Positions 49,782 through 59,096 of a DNA stretch of 64,000 nucleotides are shown here, one piece after another. The notes beneath the pieces were generated by a model. The model did not search any database and was not told the DNA's origin. It saw nothing but the letters and a program-made list of their open reading frames with translations. This DNA is from an uncultured Gammaproteobacteria bacterium (GTDB lineage: Bacteria > Patescibacteriota > Microgenomatia > Levybacterales > GWA1-39-11), in assembly GCA_964627245.1 (NCBI GenBank), contig CAZVGS010000003.1:47551-111550 (forward strand), read 5' to 3'. The number at the start of each line of letters is the position of its first letter. The first letter of the stretch is position 1. The position numbers and the translations under genes are program-made.

Positions 49782-49979
49782 ATTTATAAGAGAATTATAG
49801 CAAAAATTAGCTGTTCGAATCCTAATTCTAGGGATAAGTAGGACATATGTGAACCTTAGCTTTATTATTGAGAACTTGAGGGTGTTTTGTCGGTCCGAAT
49901 GTTTCCCGTCTTGAAGGGGCTTTTAGCAAGCCCCCTCAAGCTAAATAGGGAATACGGTCACCTTAGGTGCCCGTCTCAG

Positions 49980-50050
49980 CTGGCGATCAGGGATTCGAAC
50001 CCCAATACCGTCCTCCAGAGGGACGTGTCCTACCATTAGACGAATCGCCA
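49980..50050 (-). tRNA. tRNA-Gln (anticodon CUG)
   Basis: The reverse complement folds as a cloverleaf: acceptor UGGCGAU/AUCGCCA, D-arm, anticodon stem CGUCC/GGACG with loop CUCUGGA (anticodon CUG), and T-loop UUCGAAU. CCA is not encoded. Confidence 0.75.
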
Positions 50051-50131
50051 AAATCAAAACATTTTAGTGTTTTGAGCTCTTTATTTTACTAAATTAAGCC
50101 CAAAATAGCCAATCCATGTTATACTCAAGCA

Positions 50132-50605
50132 ATGATTACTTGTGAATTTGAGGATGGTGGAAAAGGAAATTTACGTCATGTTGTGGTCCATTGCTTGTGC
50201 TTGAAGGGTAACAAAATACTTTTGGTCAAAAGAGCGCAAGGGATATTAGAAGCTGGGAAATGGGGATTTCCTGGAGGATTTTTGGACCAAGGGGAGGATG
50301 TTAAAAAGTGCGCTGTTAGAGAACTCATGGAAGAGACAGGATATGAAGGTACGGTCGACAAATTGTTTAGGATAAATTCAGGAGAGCGGAAAAATGACCA
50401 GGGTAGAAATAATGTAGCCTTTGAAATGTTGATGAAAATAGGAGACAAAACAGGTAAGCCGGATTGGGAGCAAACAGCGGTTGAATGGATAGACCTGGAG
50501 GATCTTGCTGAGGAAAAAATGGCATTTGATCACTACATGACAATTTTAGATCTGAAAAAATACCTGAAAGAAGGCGGAGAGCTTCCCGCACTCTACCCAC
50601 AATAA
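50132..50605 (+). CDS. NUDIX hydrolase
   Basis: Nudix box GGFLDQGEDVKKCAVRELMEETGY. Confidence 0.75.
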   Translation: MITCEFEDGGKGNLRHVVVHCLCLKGNKILLVKRAQGILEAGKWGFPGGFLDQGEDVKKCAVRELMEETGYEGTVDKLFRINSGERKNDQGRNNVAFEMLMKIGDKTGKPDWEQTAVEWIDLEDLAEEKMAFDHYMTILDLKKYLKEGGELPALYPQ

Positions 50606-50646
50606 AATCTGTTGACATATACCCTCCTAGGGTATACACTGGGATA

Positions 50647-50919
50647 ATGAAATCCCACTACGACGATGAAAAAGTTAAAGCTCAGAAGAGACTAAATATC
50701 ATAAAGGGCCAGTTAAACGGACTTTCAAAAATGATTGATGATGATATTTATTGTGTTGACATCTTAAATCAAAGCCTCGCTATCCAAAACTCTCTTAAGA
50801 GCCTTGACGCTGTTTTGTTTGAAAGGCACTTATCAACTCATGTAGGACATCAATTCCACAACGAGCCGGAAAAAGCGACTGAGGAGCTTGTTACCCTCTT
50901 CAAAAGGATTAACAAATAA
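50647..50919 (+). CDS. csoR: CsoR/RcnR family metal-sensing transcriptional repressor (copper-sensing)
   Basis: RLNIIKGQLNGLSKMIDDDIYCVDILNQSLAIQNSL...HLSTHV contains the conserved Cys/His metal ligands of the DUF156/CsoR family. Confidence 0.8.
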   Translation: MKSHYDDEKVKAQKRLNIIKGQLNGLSKMIDDDIYCVDILNQSLAIQNSLKSLDAVLFERHLSTHVGHQFHNEPEKATEELVTLFKRINK

Positions 50920-50921
50920 AT

Positions 50922-53234
50922 ATGATTAATAAAGCCTATCAAGTTAAGGGGATGCATTGTGCAAGCTGCAGCTCTATCATCACAAAAAAACTAAAAAAAC
51001 TTCAAAATATTGAAAGTTGCGATGTCAATTTTGCAACAGAAAAAGCTAACGTATCTTTCGACGAAAAGAAGGTTACGACTACGGACTTAAATAACCAGAT
51101 CGAAAAATTGGGCTATACGCTTGTCGAAGAGTCTCATGCTGGTCATGGCATGCCAACAAGTATAGGTGCACATAGTGAAAAAAGCAGCGCCGATCATTCA
51201 GAACACTTGGGTTTTAGTCTCTCAAAAGAGGCAAAAATAAAGGAACTTCAGCAATTTAAGGCTAAAATCAACTTAGTGCTGCCTATCTCTCTGCTTGTTT
51301 TTGCAACTATGATTTGGGATATCGCCTCAAAATTCTTCCCAGCAAGTATTCCTGCAATACCTATTCCAATGCAAATTTTAAACACCATATATTTCATATT
51401 AGCCTCTATTTTTATGTTTTGGATCGGACAGCCATATTTAAAGGCGCTGGTTAGGTTTGCAAAGTACAGGGTTGCAAATATGGATTTACTTGTCGGGATC
51501 GGTACATTTACAGCATACATTTACAGTAGTGTTTTGTTGCTTTTTCCGAGAGTTACATCATATTTCAATCTTCCAGAACATACTTACTTTGATGTGACTA
51601 TTGTTGTAATCGGATTTATAACTCTTGGGAAATATTTAGAAAGTCGCTCAAAACTTAAGACAGGTGAAGCAATTGAAAAATTGCTGGGTCTTCAAGCCAA
51701 AAGTGCCTTAGTTGTGAGAGATGGAAAAGAAATTGACATACCAATTGATGAAGTTGTTGTTGGCGATATTATTCGGGTCAAGCCGGGAGGCAAAATTCCA
51801 GTTGATGGGGAAATAATTGACGGCGCAACTTCCATAGACGAGTCCATGATCAATGGAGAGCCTGTGCCTGTTGATAAAAAAAAGGGAGATATTGTTATAG
51901 GTTCTACAATAAATAAACAAGGCAGTATTTTATTTAAGGCTAGTAAGGTTGGATCTGAGACGATGCTTTCTCAGATAGTGAGAATGGTTGAAGAGTCTCA
52001 AGGATCAAAAGCTGAAATCCAAAATTTGGCGGACAAGGCTTCATCAATATTTATCCCATCTGTACTCGTAATTGCAGTTTTATCTTTTGTTGCTTGGATG
52101 ACAGTTGGAGTATTTCTCTTGGGTTTTTCTCAGGCATTTTCTTTTGCATTATTATCTTTTGTTGGAGTGCTTGTTATCGCATGTCCTTGCGCTTTAGGAC
52201 TTGCGACGCCAACTGCAATAATTGTTGGGGTAGGCAAAGGAGCAGAGCATGGAATACTTATTAAAAATGCGCAAAGTCTTGAGAAGCTTTGCAAAGTAAA
52301 TATGGTCATTTTTGATAAAACAGGGACTCTGACGCACGGAAAGCCGGTAGTTACAGATGTTATTCCGGTTGGTTCATCGATATCTCATGAAAAAGTCTTA
52401 AATATTGCATCTAGCCTAGAAAGTCAATCATCGCATCCTATTGCCCATGCTGTGATTCGAGAGGCAGAAAAAACTAATATGGATAACTTGAAAGTGAGCC
52501 ATTTTGAGGAAAAAGAAGGAGTAGGGGTTGTTGGTGAAATTGAAGGAACAAGTTTTGCGGTGACAAGGCCTTCTTCAAAAAATAAAAACATATCTGATGT
52601 TATAAATCTTCAATCACAAGGCAAAACAGTAATTTTAGTTAAGAAGGAAGATGAAGTTGTAGGAATAATTGCCATCAGTGACACGGTGAAGCCTGATGTC
52701 AAAAAAGTAATTGAAAGGCTGCATCAAATGAATATTCAAATAGTAATGGTTACGGGAGACAACCAAAAAGCTGCAGAATATATTGCTCAACAATTGGAAA
52801 TTGATACCGTCAAAGCAGAAGTTATGCCGAAAGAGAAATCTAGCATAATTAAGGAATTTCAAAAGATGGGCAATAATGTTGCTATGGTTGGTGATGGTAT
52901 CAATGACGCTCCAGCCCTCACTCAAGCGGATGTAGGTATCGCAATGGCAACAGGAACTGATATTGCGATAGAAAGCGCTGACATAGCTCTGTTAAGCGGT
53001 GACCTATCCAAAATTCCTCAAGCAATCAATCTCTCGAGACTGACTATCCGCACAGTCAAGCAAAATCTTTTCTGGGCATTTATTTACAATATAATTGGAA
53101 TTCCGCTAGCAGCTGGAGTGTTTTATCCGATTTTCGGAATATTTCTCAATCCAATTTTTGCCGGATTTGCGATGGCAATGTCTTCTGTGTCTGTAGTTAG
53201 TAATTCATTATTATTAAAGAGAGTTAAAATTTAA
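50922..53234 (+). CDS. copA: copper-translocating P1B-type ATPase
   Basis: N-terminal HMA domain GMHCASCSS, TM CPC motif IACPCALGLATP, DKTGTLT phosphorylation site, and GDGINDAP. A His-rich stretch follows the HMA domain. Confidence 0.92.
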   Translation: MINKAYQVKGMHCASCSSIITKKLKKLQNIESCDVNFATEKANVSFDEKKVTTTDLNNQIEKLGYTLVEESHAGHGMPTSIGAHSEKSSADHSEHLGFSLSKEAKIKELQQFKAKINLVLPISLLVFATMIWDIASKFFPASIPAIPIPMQILNTIYFILASIFMFWIGQPYLKALVRFAKYRVANMDLLVGIGTFTAYIYSSVLLLFPRVTSYFNLPEHTYFDVTIVVIGFITLGKYLESRSKLKTGEAIEKLLGLQAKSALVVRDGKEIDIPIDEVVVGDIIRVKPGGKIPVDGEIIDGATSIDESMINGEPVPVDKKKGDIVIGSTINKQGSILFKASKVGSETMLSQIVRMVEESQGSKAEIQNLADKASSIFIPSVLVIAVLSFVAWMTVGVFLLGFSQAFSFALLSFVGVLVIACPCALGLATPTAIIVGVGKGAEHGILIKNAQSLEKLCKVNMVIFDKTGTLTHGKPVVTDVIPVGSSISHEKVLNIASSLESQSSHPIAHAVIREAEKTNMDNLKVSHFEEKEGVGVVGEIEGTSFAVTRPSSKNKNISDVINLQSQGKTVILVKKEDEVVGIIAISDTVKPDVKKVIERLHQMNIQIVMVTGDNQKAAEYIAQQLEIDTVKAEVMPKEKSSIIKEFQKMGNNVAMVGDGINDAPALTQADVGIAMATGTDIAIESADIALLSGDLSKIPQAINLSRLTIRTVKQNLFWAFIYNIIGIPLAAGVFYPIFGIFLNPIFAGFAMAMSSVSVVSNSLLLKRVKI

Positions 53235-53236
53235 AT

Positions 53237-54253
53237 ATGGAATTGTGGTTAATTTTTATGACAGGTCTGACGGTTGGCGGACTTACATGTCTTGCAGTGC
53301 AAGGTGGTCTTTTGGCTTCGGTTATTGCAGCCCGGGAAAAAGAAGAAGTTAAGAAAGGTATCAATAAGAAGAACGCTTTTCTCCCAACAGTAGTTTTTTT
53401 GTCGACTAAGCTCATCGCCTACACATTACTCGGATTTTTACTTGGTGCTTTTGGTGGTGTTATTAATATTGGTGGGAATGTTCAAATTTTTATGCAGCTT
53501 TTTGCAGGTATTTATATGGTTTTGGTAGCTCTCAATCTTCTTAATATACATCCGATATTTCGCTACGTTATCATACAGCCTCCGCGATTTTTGCTTAGAA
53601 AAGTTAAAAATCAATCCCGTGGTAAAGCAATTTTTTCTCCCGCGCTTCTTGGGGGAATGACTGTTTTTATACCTTGTGGAACCACTCTTGCCATGGAAGC
53701 ATTGGCGATTAGCAGTGCAGATCCTTGGATGGGTGCAGCTATTATGGGTGTATTTGTCTTAGGTACGATGCCTCTTTTCTTTGGTCTTGGCGTTGTTACT
53801 TCCATCCTGGGGGATACTTTTAGAACAAAGTTCTTAAAAGTGGCGGCCATTGCCCTAATATATATAGGAGTAAGTTCGATTAACGGAGCATTTATCGCAT
53901 TAGGCTTTCCGCTAAATTCAAAAGCTGTAATGAATGTTTTTGCTTCGGATGGTAATAGAGGAGTAAATCAAAAAAATGTTTCTAGTGTGTCGCAGATGCA
54001 TGAAATTTATATTTTTGCCAACGGATACTCACCGAATTATATTCGCGTTAACAAGGGGCTACCTGTATCAATAACTCTTATAGGAAAAGGTGCATACAGT
54101 TGTGCTTCTGCATTTAGAATTCCCTCACTTGGAATTAGTAAAAATATGCAGCCTAATGAAAAATATACCTTTACATTTACTCCAAAAAGGGCTGAGCGAA
54201 TAACTTTTACATGCTCTATGGGAATGTATAGTGGAGTAATCGATGTAATATGA
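53237..54253 (+). CDS. membrane permease (DsbD_2 / TauE-like 6-8 TM) fused to C-terminal cupredoxin-like domain; putative copper handling
   Basis: Multi-TM N-terminal region with a TC pair (GGLTCLAVQGG). The C-terminal 95 aa, YSPNYIRVNKGLPVSITLIGKG...FTCSMGMYSGVIDV, follow the cupredoxin_1 pattern with C...M..M ligands. Embedded in the cop operon. Confidence 0.5.
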   Translation: MELWLIFMTGLTVGGLTCLAVQGGLLASVIAAREKEEVKKGINKKNAFLPTVVFLSTKLIAYTLLGFLLGAFGGVINIGGNVQIFMQLFAGIYMVLVALNLLNIHPIFRYVIIQPPRFLLRKVKNQSRGKAIFSPALLGGMTVFIPCGTTLAMEALAISSADPWMGAAIMGVFVLGTMPLFFGLGVVTSILGDTFRTKFLKVAAIALIYIGVSSINGAFIALGFPLNSKAVMNVFASDGNRGVNQKNVSSVSQMHEIYIFANGYSPNYIRVNKGLPVSITLIGKGAYSCASAFRIPSLGISKNMQPNEKYTFTFTPKRAERITFTCSMGMYSGVIDVI

Positions 54254-54477
54254 TTTTAAAGTTAAAAATAACAGGAATGCACTGTGTGTCTTGTGCAATG
54301 AATATAGATTTTGATTTAGAAGATGTTGAGGGGGTAATTTCTTCAAAAACAAGTTATGCAAAAGGGATTACGGAGGTTGAATTCGATAACAAAAAGTTGA
54401 CAATTGACGTAATTAAAAAAGCGATAGAAGAGACAGGATATAGAGGCGAAATTTTTACCGAGGGGGGTGAATTATGA
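54250..54477 (+). CDS. copZ: heavy-metal-associated (HMA) copper chaperone
   Basis: 75 aa with the GMHCVSCAMNI motif (MxCxxC) in a ferredoxin-like HMA fold. Confidence 0.8.
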   Translation: MILKLKITGMHCVSCAMNIDFDLEDVEGVISSKTSYAKGITEVEFDNKKLTIDVIKKAIEETGYRGEIFTEGGEL

Positions 54478-55088
54478 AAGACAACAATATATTTATATAC
54501 ATAATAGTTTCTTTTTTAGCCGGAGGACTGTTGGTTTGGGGAGCAATTAATTTTGGCTCAAATTCGTACGGAAGGAGCATGATGCAATTTCAGAATTCGA
54601 ATAGTTTGAATAGGGTGCGTAATATAGATGCACATTTTATAGAAGAAATGATACCGCATCACGAGGATGCAATAAAGATGTCAAAAATAGCGCTTGAAAA
54701 AGCTTCTCATGAAGAGCTGAGAAATCTTGCTCGGAGCATTATCAAATCTCAAGGAGACGAAATTGATCAGATGACGAGCTGGTATAAAGAATGGTTTGGA
54801 ACGTCCGTGCCTGAGGAGTCTGATGATGACTTGGATAGTATGATGGGGGGAAGAATGGGTATGATGGATGAAGATACTGATTACTCCTCGCTTGTTAACT
54901 CAGAGGAATTTGACAAAAGATTTATTGAGGAGATGATTCCCCATCACCAAATGGCTGTAATGATGGCAAATATGCTTAAAAACAGTACAGAAAGAAATGA
55001 AATGAAGAAATTGGCCGATTCCATAATTACATCACAATCTCAAGAGATTGACCAAATGAGAGAATGGTACAAGAGTTGGGAATATTGA
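54474..55088 (+). CDS. DUF305 domain protein (two repeats), copper-resistance associated
   Basis: Two copies of FIEEMIPHH(E/Q)xA(I/V)xM, typical of DUF305. N-terminal TM helix. Confidence 0.8.
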   Translation: MKDNNIFIYIIVSFLAGGLLVWGAINFGSNSYGRSMMQFQNSNSLNRVRNIDAHFIEEMIPHHEDAIKMSKIALEKASHEELRNLARSIIKSQGDEIDQMTSWYKEWFGTSVPEESDDDLDSMMGGRMGMMDEDTDYSSLVNSEEFDKRFIEEMIPHHQMAVMMANMLKNSTERNEMKKLADSIITSQSQEIDQMREWYKSWEY

Positions 55089-55186
55089 GTTGTGCTTTCC
55101 AAGAAGTGAGGTATTGACTTGAAAGCTTCAATTCTTTATTCTGGTCATATTGCTTATTATCTCCAAATAGAAATTATTCCATGAAA

Positions 55187-55215
55187 TTGACAATTAGCAA
55201 TTAATTTGCTACACT
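55187..55215 (+). promoter_or_regulatory. near-consensus sigma70 promoter (TTGACA-17-TACACT) for lon with an inverted repeat TAGCAA-ttaat-TTGCTA in the spacer
   Basis: -35 TTGACA at 55187-55192, 17-nt spacer, -10 TACACT at 55210-55215. The lon ATG at 55233 follows a leader of only about 10 nt. The palindrome overlapping the spacer may be an operator; its half-sites are CIRCE-like (TTAGCA / TGCTAA) but the spacing is not CIRCE. Confidence 0.4.
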
Positions 55216-55232
55216 GCTAAAGTTTTAATACT

Positions 55233-57635
55233 ATGGCCGAGAACTACGATAACTACAACGAAAAAATGATACCCATAATCCCAATAAGGGATGGGATTGT
55301 TTTTCCGCACACAGAGTCAATTTTGACTTTCGGCAGGGCTAGAAGCTTAGCTGCTTTAGAGACTGCTTTTTCAGGGGAAAGGGTTGTTTGTTTTGTTCTT
55401 CAGAAAAACCCGCGTCAGGAGGATCCCGAAGTTAACGATTTGTATCAGATGGGAACAATAGCACATATTGAAAGAATGATCCGGTCTGATGGTGAGGTCA
55501 ACGCTTTAGTAAAAGGTCTTTCAAGAGCACAAATTGTTAGCTTTTCAGAATCTTCTCAATACCTGCAGGCTGTTGTTCACGAGATAGATGATTTTGAGCC
55601 GGAAAATCCGGAGGTCAAGGCTCTAATGAACCATCTAACATCTTCATTCAAAAAAGCTCTAAGTCTTGGCAAGCAGGCCGACTTTTTAGTATTTATGAAT
55701 ATAATGTCCGATATTTCAGCTTCGGAGCTTGCCGACCAAATTGCGTCAACCTTGGAAATTAAGGGTAGTGAGAGGCAAGAAATATTAGAAATAGTAAATG
55801 TTAGAAAGAGACTTGAGAAAGTAGGAGAATATCTTGACAAAGAAGTTAAAGTTTTGGAGCTTGAGCGGAAAATCGCATCAAAGACACAAGAACAGCTTGA
55901 AAAATCGACAAAAGACGCAATACTTCGCGAGAGACTTAAGACTATAGAAAAAGAATTGGGTGAGACAGACGATGGCGGTGATATAAAAGAGCTTGCTGAT
56001 AAAATCAAAAAAGCAGGTATGCCCAAGGACATTGAGGAGAAAATGATGAAAGAGTTAAGAAAGCTTCAGCAACTAACTCCGTATAATCCGGAATCGGGTT
56101 ATTTGAGGAACTATTTGGAGTGGATGGTCTCAATTCCTTGGAGCAAAAAATCGGATAGCAAAATCAATCTAAATGATGCTGAGAAAATACTTGATGAAGG
56201 ACATTACGGTCTTAAAAAAGTAAAGGAAAGAGTAGTCGAATATCTAGCAGTTCACCAACTGTCAGGAAAGATGAAGGGTCCAATTTTGTGCTTTGCAGGA
56301 CCTCCGGGGGTTGGTAAAACATCTATTGGGAAGAGTATCGCAAAGGCATTAGGCCGGGAATTCGTTAAGGTTTCTTTAGGCGGAATACGAGACGAAGCAG
56401 AGATAAGAGGACATAGAAGGACATATGTCGGTGCACTCCCAGGAAGAATTATTCAAGGCATAAAGGATGCGGGTACTAAGAACCCTGTGTTTATGCTTGA
56501 TGAAATAGATAAGGTTGGGGCTGATTTTCGTGGAGACCCATCCTCTGCTCTTCTTGAAGCGCTGGATCCTGAGCAGAATATGGGATTTTCAGACCATTAT
56601 CTAGAAGTTCCTTACGACCTTTCGGATGTGATGTTTATTACAACCGCAAATCTTCTTGATACAATTCCTCCGGCGCTTCGCGACAGGCTTGAAATCATCA
56701 ATTTTGCCGGATATACGCAGGATGAAAAATTCCATATCGGAAAAGATTTCTTACTTAAAAAACAACTTCAGGCTCACGGTTTGAAGCCTTCGAATGTGAG
56801 GGTATCTGATGAGGCTTTGGAATATACAATCAACCGTTACACAAGAGAGTCCGGTGTTAGAAATCTGGAAAGGCAAATTGCTACGATATTTAGAAAGGTT
56901 GCAAGAAAAGTTGCGGATGGAGAGAAGAGTAAGGTTATTGTTACCAAGAAGAATATTACTAAATTTTTGGGTCCTGAAAAAGTAGCAAGCCTTCTTGTTG
57001 AAAAAAAAGATGAGGTAGGAATTGCCACAGGATTGTTTTACACTCCCGCCGGAGGGGGTATCTTATCAATTGAAGTGGCACTCATGCCCGGCAAGGGTCA
57101 ACTTATCTTAACAGGGCAACTGGGGGATGTTATGAAAGAATCATGTCAGGCAGCTATGACCTATGTTAGGGCAAGGGCTAGAAAATTCGGACTTTCAGAG
57201 GATTTTTATAAAAAGTTAGACATTCATGTTCATGTTCCCGAGGGAGCTGTACCAAAAGATGGGCCATCAGCCGGAGATGCTATAACAACCGCATTGGTTT
57301 CTGCCCTCACAAAAATACCCGTCAATCATCTTGTGGGCATGACAGGGGAGGTTACAATCCGCGGAAAAGTTCTTGAAATAGGAGGAATAAAAGAAAAAGC
57401 AATAGGTGCACATAGAGCCGGGATAAGGACAATAATATTACCTAAGGAAAATAGAAAGGATTTGGAGGAAATTCCAGAAGAAGTCGCAAAAGATATTAGG
57501 TTTGTTTTTGTATCACATATGGATGATGTATTAAAAGTAGCATTGACAAAGCCGTTGCCCGGTTTTAAGGAAATAAAAGGAGAAAAGGAAAAAAAGCACA
57601 ACTTAACAACTCCCACACCAACACTTGCAGACTAA
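55233..57635 (+). CDS. lon: ATP-dependent Lon protease (LonA)
   Basis: N-terminal LON domain, AAA+ Walker A GPPGVGKTS, catalytic serine motif PKDGPSAGDA, and the Lys in the VGGIKEK region. Confidence 0.93.
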   Translation: MAENYDNYNEKMIPIIPIRDGIVFPHTESILTFGRARSLAALETAFSGERVVCFVLQKNPRQEDPEVNDLYQMGTIAHIERMIRSDGEVNALVKGLSRAQIVSFSESSQYLQAVVHEIDDFEPENPEVKALMNHLTSSFKKALSLGKQADFLVFMNIMSDISASELADQIASTLEIKGSERQEILEIVNVRKRLEKVGEYLDKEVKVLELERKIASKTQEQLEKSTKDAILRERLKTIEKELGETDDGGDIKELADKIKKAGMPKDIEEKMMKELRKLQQLTPYNPESGYLRNYLEWMVSIPWSKKSDSKINLNDAEKILDEGHYGLKKVKERVVEYLAVHQLSGKMKGPILCFAGPPGVGKTSIGKSIAKALGREFVKVSLGGIRDEAEIRGHRRTYVGALPGRIIQGIKDAGTKNPVFMLDEIDKVGADFRGDPSSALLEALDPEQNMGFSDHYLEVPYDLSDVMFITTANLLDTIPPALRDRLEIINFAGYTQDEKFHIGKDFLLKKQLQAHGLKPSNVRVSDEALEYTINRYTRESGVRNLERQIATIFRKVARKVADGEKSKVIVTKKNITKFLGPEKVASLLVEKKDEVGIATGLFYTPAGGGILSIEVALMPGKGQLILTGQLGDVMKESCQAAMTYVRARARKFGLSEDFYKKLDIHVHVPEGAVPKDGPSAGDAITTALVSALTKIPVNHLVGMTGEVTIRGKVLEIGGIKEKAIGAHRAGIRTIILPKENRKDLEEIPEEVAKDIRFVFVSHMDDVLKVALTKPLPGFKEIKGEKEKKHNLTTPTPTLAD

Positions 57636-57684
57636 AGAGTTGCAAGCTTTACTTACAACTCCTACTCCAATCCTTGCAGATTAG
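57598..57684 (+). repeat. imperfect tandem duplication of the lon 3-prime end (about 36-nt units separated by about 14 nt)
   Basis: acaacttaacaactcccacaccaacacttgcagactaa (encoding LTTPTPTLAD-stop) is followed by ttacttacaactcctactccaatccttgcagattag (LTTPTPILAD-stop in another frame). Confidence 0.5.
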
Positions 57685-57694
57685 GAATTAAATT

Positions 57695-59056
57695 TCAAGC
57701 CGATTTGCTGGGCGCCTCGCTTTTAAGTATTTTATCGATCAGGATATAAGCATTTTCTTTCTCTTCACCTTCAAGATATTTTTCGCAAAGTTTATTTACA
57801 TTTATTTCTCCGCTTTGAGCAATATCTTTATACAAATGAGCGCTTCTTCTCAATTCCCTTTCCCCCGTTACAGGATCATTGTTGATCAGTCCAAATTCTT
57901 TTGTATAACCTACAATCCATTCCAAATTGTCGATAGTAGACCAATGTATATATTGTTCTACCTTCACTCCTTCCTGCATTGCTTTCCAAACAGACACCAG
58001 GTGGGTGAGGATGTAAAATGATCTGTGTTTATCTTCTTTGTCTGCAATCCCGTTTTCGGTAATATATATGGGAAGATCATATGTTTTTTTAAGGTACCTT
58101 AATACTTCAAGAAAGAACTCGGGTACAATTGGCCAGCCGTAATCAGATTTGTATGAATTAGGCTTTCTTGTTTCACCGAAAAGCAAAGTTTTTGCGGTTA
58201 ATTTGTCTGAATTTCTAGCTCTGAATTTATATTTTCTTATATCAAGGTTTAGATAATATCCGGTGTAGTAATTGCATCCAATAAAATCCATAGTTTTTTT
58301 CGTTGCTTCAATGTAGCTCCCGACACTTATGTGGTTAACTAAATTTGAGTACCACTTGTCCCATAAATGATTTTTATGTTCAGGCAAATTCCACCTGAAT
58401 GCAAAAGTCATTCCCACTTTGGACATTGGATTAATTGATTTTATCTTTCTAAAAGATCTTTTATGTGCTTCCAGCATATTCCATCTGGCAATTGATGCTG
58501 AAATTAGATTGTTCTTTTGAGGCGGAAAATACTTTGAAAAATAAGCAAGTATAACAAGAATGTTAGGTTCATTCATTGTTATCCAATAATTCACATCAGG
58601 AAATTCCAAAGCCGCAAATTTTACAAAATGCTCAAAATGTCCAATCGTTCTTTTATTCTCCCAGCTTCCTTCTCTTGCGACCCATTGAGGAAGTACATAA
58701 TGATTTAGTGTAACCATGGGAATCATCCCCGCATCTACGATTGTTTTTATAATTTCTTTGTAACGGGCAACGGCTTCCAAATTTATATTTCCCTTTTGAG
58801 GTTCAATCCTTCCCCATGAAATACCTATTCTCTGTACTTTAAGTCCAAGTCCAGCCATCGTATTGATGTCGTGTTCTGCCTTCCCCTTTTTCCACCATTC
58901 CGGACCCTTCTCGTGGAGTTTTATCATCTCAGGGTACTGGTTCATATAAACGTCCCAGTCAGTATTTCTTTCCCCATCCTCTCCTTCCACTTGGTGGGCA
59001 GCAGTAGCACTGCCAAATAAGAAATCTTTTGGGAATTTTAATATTTTATTGTCCAT
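57695..59056 (-). CDS. glycoside hydrolase family 1 (beta-glucosidase / beta-galactosidase)
   Basis: Acid/base motif TMNEPN and nucleophile motif YITENG, with the N-terminal signature FLFGSATAAHQVEG. Confidence 0.9.
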   Translation of the reverse strand: MDNKILKFPKDFLFGSATAAHQVEGEDGERNTDWDVYMNQYPEMIKLHEKGPEWWKKGKAEHDINTMAGLGLKVQRIGISWGRIEPQKGNINLEAVARYKEIIKTIVDAGMIPMVTLNHYVLPQWVAREGSWENKRTIGHFEHFVKFAALEFPDVNYWITMNEPNILVILAYFSKYFPPQKNNLISASIARWNMLEAHKRSFRKIKSINPMSKVGMTFAFRWNLPEHKNHLWDKWYSNLVNHISVGSYIEATKKTMDFIGCNYYTGYYLNLDIRKYKFRARNSDKLTAKTLLFGETRKPNSYKSDYGWPIVPEFFLEVLRYLKKTYDLPIYITENGIADKEDKHRSFYILTHLVSVWKAMQEGVKVEQYIHWSTIDNLEWIVGYTKEFGLINNDPVTGERELRRSAHLYKDIAQSGEINVNKLCEKYLEGEEKENAYILIDKILKSEAPSKSA

Positions 59057-59096
59057 ACTCCATTTTGTGCATTTAACCGCAAAAAAGTCAAAATTA

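Noticed and set aside
49860-49940. Hairpin cttgaaggggc-ttttagcaa-gccccctcaag downstream of tRNA-Gln, as an intrinsic terminator
   Set aside because: A strong 10-bp stem is present, but no U-tract follows on the tRNA (minus) strand. It may be a processing or att-related structure and is not called as a terminator.
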